In this document: in pieces, positions 30,861-41,445 of the stretch
Layout: every line of letters starts with the position of its first letter
Numbering within the stretch: position 1 is the first letter of the stretch
Assembly: GCA_020184695.1 (NCBI GenBank)
Contig: JAANOX010000064.1
Location: forward strand, 1 to 64,000
Length of the DNA stretch: 64,000 nt
Reading direction: 5' to 3'
DNA from: Histomonas meleagridis 2922-C6/04-290x
Lineage: Eukaryota > Protista > Parabasalia
Position numbers and translations under genes: made by a program
Notes under the pieces: model-generated
The model's input: the letters and a program-made list of their open reading frames with translations, nothing else
Databases searched by the model: none
What the model was told of the DNA's origin: nothing

Positions 30861-32063
30861 ATAATTTTCTATTTTAAAATAATATTTGGAAATTATTCAT
30901 ATTATATAAAACAGCACTTATTTATGCATCTGAAAAAAATTATACTAAAACAGTTAAATTTCTTCTTGAACAAGAAGGAATTGATGTTAATATCAAAGAT
31001 GTTCAAATGTATTGTTTAATATTTATTTAAATAATTTTCTATTTTAAAATAATATTTGAAAATTATTCAAATTATATAAAACAGCACTTATGAAAGCAAC
31101 TGATGAAAGTAAAGCAGAAATAGTTAAATTACTTCTTGAACATGAAGAAATTGATATCAATGTTAAAAATATTAAATTGTTTTATGTAAAATTTAATTAA
31201 ATCATTTTGGGATCCAAAATAATATTTGAAAATTATCTTCATCATTTAAAACACCACTTGCTATTGCATCTTGGAATAATAATCCAATAATAGTTAAACT
31301 ACTTCTTGAACATAAAGGAATTGATCTTAATGCTAAAAATGTTTATATACTTTGTTTATTATTTATTCAAATCGTTATGGGATTCATAATAAAATTCGGA
31401 AATTCTTCAAAATATTTAATACAGCACTTATGAATGCATCACAATGCAATTACATAGATATAGCTCAATTACTTATTGAAAAAGAAGGAATCGATATTAA
31501 TGCTAAGAATATTTATATGTTTAATTTAATATTTATATTTAAAGTTTTATATTTCATAATAATATTCGGAAATTATTTAAATTATATCAGACAGCACTTA
31601 TGTATGCATCTGAAAATGGTTATGTAGAAATAGTTAAATTACTTCTTGAACAAAAAGGAATTGATATTAATGCTAAAAATATTTATATGTTTTATTTAAT
31701 ATTTATTTTGATAACTTAATATTTCAAAATAATATTTGGAAATTATTTAAAATATTTGATACAGCTCTTATTATTGCATCCAGTTTTGGTAAAATTGAAA
31801 TAGTTAAATTACTTCTTGAACAAGAAGGAATTGATATTAATGTTAATGATGATATTTATTTAGATATTTTAATATTTTAAAATCATGTTTGGAAATTATT
31901 TATATTATTTAATACAGGACTTAAATATGCATCTTCCAATGGATACAAAGAAATAGTTAAATTACTTCGTAAACATGAAAAAATTGATAATAATGACAAA
32001 TGTGTTTCTTTTTTTATGTATAATATTTATATTTTTAATTTAATATTTCAAAATCATATTTAG
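30831..32063 (+). repeat. 170-bp period array: 80-nt AT-rich spacer + 90-nt ankyrin module (7 modules)
   Basis: Modules start at 30911, 31081, 31251, 31421, 31591, 31761 and 31914. Six spacers are exactly 80 nt, the seventh is 63 nt, and a final spacer-like stretch starts at 32004. Confidence 0.95.
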
Positions 32064-34090
32064 AATTTATTAATATTAATTTAAAATATATAAAATGACT
32101 AAAATAATAAATAAAAAAAGACCCAAGCGTTTATCATCATGAAAGATAAAAGATTACTACAATAAGATTACTTTAAATTCATGAATTCCAATTTTTTCTA
32201 TTCGTTACCGCGTTACGTACAAAATTCTTATGCACATAATTAAAAAAAAAATTAATAGATAGTGACTAGGGTTGGCCATTGATATTCTAACTGTCGATAC
32301 TGATGAATATCGATATAATATCATTGTGGTAAATTAAATTCAGTAGCATATAAAATATATTTTAGTAGCTTAAATAAAATATGATATAAAATATGTTATG
32401 CATAATCACAATAGTCTTAACACTTTTTTCTATCCTAAGATCAGTAATATCATCAAAGAAATTTATCCATGGAACAAATTTTATGTTTTCAAAATCACGT
32501 ATTTTTTTAATGTCCATTTAAGAATCTGTTGTTTCTATTTGTTATAACAATGACTTATAATTAGGTCAGTACAGTATTTTTATACTCATAGTATTAATAT
32601 CAGAAATTGGGAAAACATAATCTAATTCATCATCATTCTAAATATAATGACTCATTAATTTTCCCCAAGAACAATCCTTCTAGATATTAAGCGCTGGCGA
32701 ATGCAAACCAATTTTCAGCAAGATGAACCCAATTACATCCATGTCGACTTGTAGATACTCCAACCACAGAAAAACCTTCAACACATGCGGAATTGAAGAA
32801 AAGAGTTGATATAACAGAATAAACTTGGCAAACAGTTTAATGTTCAAATATTGAAGTATTTACTGAATTTCCGTTTTGAGGCATACTCACTGTTATTATT
32901 AATCCTCCGCCAAATAACCTGCGCGTAGATCATTATCAGCACGACACCCTATAAAATTATAAGTTGCATATCAACTTCTTGCAGAGAAAGACATTCTTGT
33001 TCTTGCTATTCAAGAAAGTAGTTCAAGCTTAATTGTGATGCAATATTTATATTGATTGATAGGATAACCATCAACACTGACCATCAACACTGAGCCATCA
33101 TTAGATATGTTTAAATGGTTAGAATAAAGTCATTTTGCTTTAAATGTTCGAGTGAATCTTGATATGCTTGTTCTAAATATAGCCAGAATTCTCCGGCTAC
33201 ACTAAAATTTACATCTTGAAGATTTGTCATTTTAAATTGTTCTTCAGGAGTCAGAGTGATCTTTTTTACTCTCAATGAAGCCATGTTTCTTATGAGAAAT
33301 CCTAGAATCTATCATGCGTATAGTTTAGAATGAGAAGGTTATGAATTTTTTCGCGGCCTAAGATGTCTATTGACCATAAATCTTCAGATATACATCTGCG
33401 AAATAACATTTATAACAGCTTGAGCGTGTGTGGTAAAATTATAGATGAGAATGTTATCATTAGAATCTTTGTAACCATGGTCGTATAGCAAAAACCAAAA
33501 TGATATAAAATTTGAACACTTGGTTGAATATGTAAAGACATTTTTTTCAGGTTATGAGATATGGTTTGGAATGGGGTTGGTTGGTGTTTTTGCAAAAATT
33601 CTTACAAACAAATTTTGTTGAAATGATAAAAATTTGTCGATCAAGTAGGATGGCTGGAGCACGTTAAAATATCACTTTTTGTGAGTTTTTGGATTGGTCC
33701 CAACACTCAATCTCCCACATCACCACCACTCATGAGATAAAAACAAAACAAACGTCTTCATCTTTATACGAAAGAAAAAAATCCAAAACTATTAATTCAA
33801 TAAAAAATTTCATTTATAATTTTGATATCATAGCCATAATGATTATGTTGTTCTGGAGGGACAAAACAAATTGTCCGGCCATTTATAAAAAAGTGATAAA
33901 CCAAAAATAAATTCCTTGCTTTCAATACCTTATCCAAGAGTAAAACTTATAACCTTCAACACTATAATGGATTTAATATATTTATTTAAAAAAAATTAAA
34001 AATAATTTTCATTTTTCATCTTTCTTTTTTTTCATTTTTTAAGGGACAATTTTGTCTAGATATAAAATTAATTCAAAATTTGAACAACAA

Positions 34091-34121
34091 AACCGTTTTG
34101 ACAATTTAACCTCACTTCATT
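34091..34121 (+). promoter_or_regulatory. Trichomonad core promoter of alpha-actinin: M3-like element and tandem initiator
   Basis: AACCGTTT at 34091-34098 and TCACTTCATT at 34112-34121, ending 3 nt before the ATG at 34125. This fits the T. vaginalis TCAY(T/A) Inr and the RRCSGTT-type motif as recalled. Confidence 0.65.
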
Positions 34122-34124
34122 ATC

Positions 34125-36857
34125 ATGACAATCCTTGATAAAGGTTGGGAAAGAACACAAATCAAAGTTTTCTCCAGATGGTGTGCTAAGCACCTTCGTA
34201 CACGTGGTATCAAGTTCGAAGATGTCACAACAGAATTCGAAGATGGCGTTAAGCTCATCCAACTTCTCGAAATCATTGGTAAGGAACCAGTAAAAGGAAA
34301 GTGGCACAGAGAATGCAAGAACAAGTACCACAAGATCGAAAACGTCAACATGGCTATTCAATACATCAAAGATAAGGGCATCAAGCTCACAAACATCCAA
34401 GCCGATGATATTGTCGACAAGAACCTTAAGCTTACATTAGGTCTTACATGGTCCTGCATCAACAAGTTCCAAATCGAAGATATCTCTGTTGAAGAAGCAA
34501 CAGCACGTGATGCCCTTCTTATCTGGTGTAAGAAGAACACCCAAGGCTATGATGGTGTTAACATCACTAACTTCACCACATCATGGTCCTCAGGTCTTGC
34601 TTTCTGCGCATTAATCAACCACTTCCGTCCAGAACTTCTTGACTACAACTCACTCGACAAAGAAAACCATGCTGATAACTGCAAGAAAGCATTCGAAGCC
34701 TGCGAGAAACTCGGTATCACAGTCTTCCTTGATGTTGAAGATCTTGTTGACACAACACCAGATGACAAATCTGTTGTTACACAAGTTTCCGAATTCTTCC
34801 ACTTCTTTGCTTCCGAAACTAAGGTTCTTGCCTTAGCTGAGAAGGCCAAGAAGATTGTTGGAATCCAAAAGCAAATCGACGAACTTAAGAACAACTATGC
34901 TGAACAAGCAAAGGCTTTCATGGATGCTCTTAACGAAGCTAAGAACAACTTATTAGCTGATGATTATGAACAAACAGTTCCAAGCGTTAAAGACAAGCTC
35001 GTCAAAGTTGTTAAGTTCGGTCGCGATGAACGTCCAAAGCTTGTTGAACTTCGTGGTACAGCCATCAGAACATGGACACAATTAGTATCAAACTGCAATT
35101 CACACAACCGTCAAATCCCAACACCACCAGAAGGCCTCGAACCAGAAACACTCACCAAGGCCCTCGAAGAAACCGAACAAATCCAAGGCAACAGAAGCAC
35201 CGAACTTAAGGAAATTCTTCATAACCTTCAAAAGTCAAAGATTGATGACTTCAATGAGAAGTGCGATGCAATTGCCAACAAGTGCAATGAAATCCGTGAG
35301 AAGTCCGAACAAGAAGATATCCTTAATGATCTTCTTGAAGAAGCTAAAGGACTTTCAGCATCAGAACTTCAAGCACCATATGATGAACTTGTTCAACTCC
35401 AATTAAACACACGTGCCAAGTACACAGTTTACTCCATCCAAAGCGAAATCGATCAACTCGTTTCACTCTTAACACGTCTCATTGACCAAAAGAGAGCACG
35501 TGATATCGAAAAGGAGAACAAGGCAAAGATCGATGCATACAATGAAAAGGCACAAGTATATGTCCAAGAGTCACAAGACCTTAAGGCATCACTCGAAATC
35601 GAAGGCGAACTTGAACAACGCCGTGAACACTTCATCAACAAGATCAAGGAAATCACCGAAAAGAGAGAAGGTGTTAACAGCCTTAACGAAGATTACCATA
35701 AGCTTGAACAAGAAAGTCTTCACCTTGAAATCGAAAACACACCACAAGTTATCTCATCAATGTACGCAGGTGTTCTTGCACAAGCTACAAACTCATTGAA
35801 TGAGATCTACAACACAATGGTTCAAAACTATGATGCTAAAGCAGCAGAATTCATCGAACGCATCAAGCCAATCGAAACATCTGCTAAAGAACTCGAAGGT
35901 TCACTTGAAGATAAGAAGCAAAAGCTTGAAGAACTTCTTGGCCAAGCACAAGCAATCCCACCAGAACTCGAACAACTTGATGCACCATTCGAAGAACTTA
36001 CACAATACAAACTCAACTACAAGGCTAAGGCATCACCAACTGATGTCCGCGCTTCAGCAGATGCACTTGTTGCTACAATCAATCACTTGATCCAACACAA
36101 CGAAGGTGAAATCATTGAAACAAGAAACAGCTCAAAGATCTCAGAATACAACGAGAAGGCTAATGCCATTCTCGAATCAGCTAAAGCACTTGAAGCATCA
36201 CTCGATGGACTTCCAGAATCTAACGAAGAGAAGTTAACAGCACTCTTCGAGAAGCAAAAGGAAGTTGAAGCCGAAAAGGACAAAATCGAAGAAATCCTTC
36301 CATTATACGAAGAACTTGAAAAGGATTCACTCGAAATTGAAGTCGAGAACTCACCATCAGCCATCTCACAATTCTTCGGCAACACATTATCACACATTAA
36401 GACATTAATCCAAGAAGCAGACAAGGCAATTGCAGCTGCTAAAGGTCTCGAAATCTCTGAAGAACAACTTAACGAATTCCGTGAAACATTCGACCACTTC
36501 GACAAGGACAAGAGCAAGACGCTCGAGCCATACGAACTTAACGCGTGCCTTACATCACTCGGTGAGACTTCTACTGAAGATGAATGCAAGGAAATCATCA
36601 AGAAGTACACCGGCGGACAAGAGAAACTCGACTTCGATAACTACGTCAAGTACATGCTCGACAGATTCTCTAAGGCAGAATCAGCAGACGCCACTAAGGA
36701 GGCATTCAGAGCTATCGCACAGAATAGCCCAATAATCAACGACGAACAATTAGCAAGATACTTCAGCCCAGAAGACGCTGAATACCTTAAATCTGTTATG
36801 ACACCAGTAGAAGGAGGTTATGACTTCCAACAATGGGTTGACTCAATCTACCAATAA
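34125..36857 (+). CDS. ACTN: Alpha-actinin (2 CH domains, coiled-coil rod, EF-hands), trichomonad type
   Basis: Contains QIKVFSRW, FEDGVKLIQLLEII, KLTLGLTW, ARDALLIWC and NFTTSWSSGLAFCALI, with EF-hand FDHFDKDKSKTLEPYE. Strong C/A-ending codon bias of highly expressed genes. Confidence 0.96.
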   Translation: MTILDKGWERTQIKVFSRWCAKHLRTRGIKFEDVTTEFEDGVKLIQLLEIIGKEPVKGKWHRECKNKYHKIENVNMAIQYIKDKGIKLTNIQADDIVDKNLKLTLGLTWSCINKFQIEDISVEEATARDALLIWCKKNTQGYDGVNITNFTTSWSSGLAFCALINHFRPELLDYNSLDKENHADNCKKAFEACEKLGITVFLDVEDLVDTTPDDKSVVTQVSEFFHFFASETKVLALAEKAKKIVGIQKQIDELKNNYAEQAKAFMDALNEAKNNLLADDYEQTVPSVKDKLVKVVKFGRDERPKLVELRGTAIRTWTQLVSNCNSHNRQIPTPPEGLEPETLTKALEETEQIQGNRSTELKEILHNLQKSKIDDFNEKCDAIANKCNEIREKSEQEDILNDLLEEAKGLSASELQAPYDELVQLQLNTRAKYTVYSIQSEIDQLVSLLTRLIDQKRARDIEKENKAKIDAYNEKAQVYVQESQDLKASLEIEGELEQRREHFINKIKEITEKREGVNSLNEDYHKLEQESLHLEIENTPQVISSMYAGVLAQATNSLNEIYNTMVQNYDAKAAEFIERIKPIETSAKELEGSLEDKKQKLEELLGQAQAIPPELEQLDAPFEELTQYKLNYKAKASPTDVRASADALVATINHLIQHNEGEIIETRNSSKISEYNEKANAILESAKALEASLDGLPESNEEKLTALFEKQKEVEAEKDKIEEILPLYEELEKDSLEIEVENSPSAISQFFGNTLSHIKTLIQEADKAIAAAKGLEISEEQLNEFRETFDHFDKDKSKTLEPYELNACLTSLGETSTEDECKEIIKKYTGGQEKLDFDNYVKYMLDRFSKAESADATKEAFRAIAQNSPIINDEQLARYFSPEDAEYLKSVMTPVEGGYDFQQWVDSIYQ

Positions 36858-37176
36858 ACTGATCACATTCATTCAATCGTTTGATTTGTTTTTTTTCTCT
36901 TCAAAGTACTTAAATCGTCGTATTCAGAATTTGCTGAACTTTCTCAGAGTACTCTAAGAAGAGTATAAATTTGATCTTTAGTGTAAGTGAAGGATATCAT
37001 TTTCGATATGAGTACTGTTTTAATAAATTTATTCTGTTACTTTATGCATATGTAATATAAAATAAATTTCGTTATCAAAATGCAATTTTTGTGCCATTTC
37101 CAGTTTAAACATGATTTGATATTTAATATATTAAGATATATCAAAATATTATTTTCAATTCTTTGAATTTTTTGGA

Positions 37177-37834
37177 ACAGCATTAATGTTTGTAATAGAA
37201 AATAGTAAGAATGAATTAGTTAAATTACTACTTAAACAAAAAGGAATTGATATTAATGCTAAAGATATTATTTTGTTATATTTTATATTTCAAAATAATA
37301 TTTGGAAATTATTTAAATTATTTGATACAGCACTTATGATAGCATCTCAATGTGGTCATATAGAAATAGTTAAATTACTTCTTGAACAAGAAGGAATTGA
37401 TATTAATGTTAAGGATATTTATTTGTTTTATTTGAAATTTATTTTAATAATTTTAAATTTTTAAATAATATTTGGGAATTATTTAAATTATTTAATACTA
37501 CACTTATGTATGCATCTGAAAGAGGTTATACAGAAATAGTTAAATTACTTCTTGAACAAGAAGGAATTGATGTTAATGCTAAAAATATTTATTTGTTTTA
37601 TTTAATATTTATTTTGATAATTTTATATTTTTACATAATATTTGGAAATTATTTAAATTATTTGAAACAGCACTTATATATGCATCTGAATATGGTTACA
37701 TAAAAAGAGTAAAATTAATTCTTTCATTGCGACCTGAAATCAAAAAAACGGCAACACATTTTTTAAAAAGTGACTACACAAAAACTCTATCGGAGCGGTT
37801 ATTATCATATTCACAAAAAGTTGTTATCATATAA
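37177..37834 (+). repeat. Second spacer-interrupted ankyrin array (4 modules), lacking an N-terminal domain
   Basis: Modules start at 37177, 37327, 37497 and 37667, with spacers of 60, 80 and 80 nt. The last module continues in frame to a stop at 37834. Confidence 0.92.
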
Positions 37835-39563
37835 AGTCACTTTTTTCATTCTTCGTTTAAAACATACTATAATTAATGTTTCGTTTTATTTTTGAAAGCT
37901 CTTTCCACCGCATGAGTAGAAATATTATTTCTATTTTTAAAAATTTGTAGTAAAAATGAAAATAAATGAAGATAAGTTCTTCATTTGAAGGACCACGGTA
38001 TTTCACTAAGTTTGTTGTCATATTTGAGAGATATCGTTGCACATTTGAATGATATACAATTTAATTGACTAAGTTGGTTGCCATATTTCAGTAAATGATG
38101 ATCTGCTTCATTCAAATATAATGACAGACTTAGTCAAATACCGAACGATCAGATATCTTGGAAATTGTTTGGTTTATTTTTTAAAAATTAGCACTTTTGT
38201 ATTTGTGATTTAACATTTTGCAAAAAAAAAATAAAAGTATAGTTAAATTAATTAGAAAAACTTTTGTTAAAGTTATTATTTAATGGCTATTAATATCAAA
38301 TCATCGAAGGAAATTTATGGCTTCTTCTTCATTGTTACTACTTATCATTAAAACTTGCTATCTCAAAAAAATTTAATCTTCCACTAAATTCTTTCAGAAT
38401 TTTTGAACTAATTTTTATCTTTTCTTTTTGTTTTATAGTTAAATTATTTTAATTAGTTTTATCTTTTTCTTATAGAAAAAGACCTGCTTCATGAATATTA
38501 GATTTTGAGAATTTTCATACACTTAAACATTTTTCATTCGTGAAATTTAAAATGTTTATCTTTATTTCTTGAATTTGTTTTTTCTGTCTCTCAATTTTCT
38601 GAGGCCATCTCAAGTTGACGATATACGATATGACTTTTTGAGCAATGGCCTAGCTTGTAACTTTTTAATAATTTTACATAATTGTAAAATTAATATAAAC
38701 GGTTATATCTAATACTTAATTTCACAACACTGCCAAAAATCACATTTTTTCCATTAAATGTCCATCGTATTCTATCGTAAATAACGTATTTTTTCAGGGA
38801 TATTGTTCAGTCTACTTATAAATGAATATACTTTTATTAAAATAACAACACAAATAAAACCAACAGGTAAACAATAACACAAAAATGAATATATTCAATG
38901 ATTATCTATTATACTAATGACAAAATCAAAAAAAAATTGCAACTAAAGATTTTTTTGAGAGTTGTTATCATTGACTCTAAATCAATTTACTTGATTATTA
39001 ATAAAGTTTGAAACTACTTTATTCAATTTTTTTAAATCTATTTAAACGGAGTGTTTAATTTACATTATGGTTTATGCTTCTTAACACTCATTTCAAAAAT
39101 AGTTTTACAGTAAATAAACATTTTAAATTTATTTTCATTTTTATTTATAGCATTAATTTTTTGTTTATATTGAACTCATTAATTTTCTTCATCATTTATA
39201 AATTGATTTATTACTTTCGCTTTACTTTTTAAATTTGAATATGTTATTTTACCATTGGCACTTATTATTTTTTTTTATTGATTGTTAATTAGTTCCATGT
39301 TAATTAAGTGTAAGTGTGAAAGTTATAGTCTGTGATGTAAATAAGCCATATGTTCTTTGATATTTATACCTCATTCTAAATCGCATTGAATGTATTAAAG
39401 ATATTTGATCATATCCATTTAATATCATTACAAAAATTTTAAAGTTATTTTTAAGACAATGTAATGCATTAATGGTATGTATCATCGTTATATTTTATTT
39501 CATAAGATTCATATAATATTTATAATTATCAGTACAAAATTTACAAATATCTAATATTTATAA

Positions 39564-41445
39564 TTATATTTGTTCAATAAATTTTTCTTCTTGAAAATCT
39601 TCAGCAAATGGATCTTCTTCAATATTTATGTTACTTATTCCAGTAGTAAATGTATTCGTCGTTTCGTTTTCATTTTGTTCTGATTTATCATTTTCATAAA
39701 TTTCTTCTTTTTTATTTCGAATATGTGTCAATAATATAATTAATAATATGATAATGACTATTACTATAACTATTACACAAACAGAAATGATGATAATCGT
39801 TGTTTTATTATCGTTATTTTGATTATCATTATTATCTATGTGAAACATTGTAAAGAAATTGGAATAATAATTATAATAAGTCGAATAAATAACAATCGTA
39901 TAATTGTAATAAATAAATTCTGTTTCAATATATGAAAATGTCGAATTATTTATATATAATGAAAATGTTTTCATTTGTGTTTCATAAATAGTTAATGAAT
40001 GTGTAATCGATAATGTAACTGTTAATGTATATGAAAATGATAATGAAATATCACTTTGAAGTGATGCAGTAAATGTATTTGAATGAGAAAATGTATTCGA
40101 TTGAATAAATGAGTATAATTCTGATAATGTTATTGAATCTGAATGTGCATATGTATTTGTTTGAATAAATGTATTCGACTGACTAAATGAATGCGTTGGA
40201 AGTGGTTCGCATGTTCCTTCTGTGTTGTCTTTGTCAACATTTAAATTTCCAAATTTACTTCCAACGTATGTTGGATATGTGATAATACTTGTAAAAACAT
40301 TAGAAAATGCACCTTCACCAATTTCTGGTTCTGAATATCCATAATAATAAATACATTCAAGTGCATAACAATTACCAAATGCCGAACCTTCAATATTTAT
40401 TCCATAGCCAAGTGTTAATATCCTTAAATTAGAACATAATGCAAATGCATAACTGCCAATTGTTGTAACTGAATTTGGAATTGTAATGTTTTTGATCGAT
40501 GAACACATTGAAAATGATGAATCACCAATTGTTGTAACATTTTCTCCAATTATAATCGTAACTAAATTAGAACATGAAGAAAAATGCAGAACTTCCAATA
40601 GATGATACTGAATTACCAAAATTAACTGAAACAACTGAAGACCATTCTGAAAATGAACCACTTGGAATTTTATATATATTTTCACTGATGATTATATATT
40701 TCGTAATATTTTTATATTGAGAAATTTCATTAAATTCATTTGAATTTATGATTGTAAGTGTTAAATTATCTTCATTATATATTTGATAAGTACTCATGAA
40801 AAACATAACAAAAATTAAAATATTTTCAGTTTTTTTCTTTTCGTTTGCTTTCAATGTATATTTGGTCGTTAATATTTTCTGAACTGAAATTGTGTTTTTC
40901 TGATAAAATTTGATATGAATAACCGAAAATGTAATTGAAAAAATGATGGTTAAATGAAGTAAAATATTCAAAATGTTTGGTCCTTCTTCGTTGTCGTTTC
41001 GCATCATCAAAAAATGTGAAATTTCACGTTTTATAGGATATACATCTTCATAAGATTTGTTATATGTTTTATCAAATATACCATTTTTGACAAATATATC
41101 AATTTCAAAGGATTTTTCCAAAATGTATGAAAAATATGCTCTTGGAATTTTTCGTTTGTTATTAAAATTCTGATGTACAACTATTGTAGATTCATTATAT
41201 GGTATCAAATTTAAAAATAATTTGTTTATCAAAACTTTATAATTATTGTTAAATCTTTTAAATTTTTTGTTCATAATTTCATTAACTGATACATCCCCAT
41301 CACATTTGTAAGTCATACTTTTCATGTTTTCGTGGTTTTGTATTTGTAATATTTCTTTTTGAATGATATAAGGTGTAATAAGCTTTGTATCGGTTATAAA
41401 TCGTTTCACCATGATGGAAATGCTGAATAAAAGAAAGGTTCTCAT
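39564..41445 (-). CDS. BspA-like surface protein, copy A; +1 frameshift at 40580-40584 (pseudogene or sequence error)
   Basis: ORFs 40567..41445 and 39564..40685 join if one A is removed from the 5-A run (the paralog has 4 A). LRR ITIPNSVTTIGSYAF, stalk, TM and tail EEDPFAEDFQEEKF. Possible core start at 40797/40806. Confidence 0.85.

Noticed and set aside
31352-31627. Short ORFs 31352..31627, 37186..37464 and 37506..37703 as independent genes
   Set aside because: Each is one or two ankyrin modules plus read-through into spacer sequence. They are parts of the arrays.
30831-31913. Canonical spliceosomal introns in the ankyrin array
   Set aside because: GT is present at spacer position 9-10, but there is no ACTAAC branch point and no AG where frame would be restored. 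The one terminal CAG (31588-31590) would leave the frame broken.
30831-32063. CRISPR-like array
   Set aside because: The context is eukaryotic, the repeats are degenerate and 80 nt long, the intervening units are homologous ankyrin-coding modules, and there are no cas genes.
34068-36735. Antisense and alternate-frame ORFs within alpha-actinin
   Set aside because: They are expected by-products of strong codon bias in a highly expressed gene, with no independent motifs.
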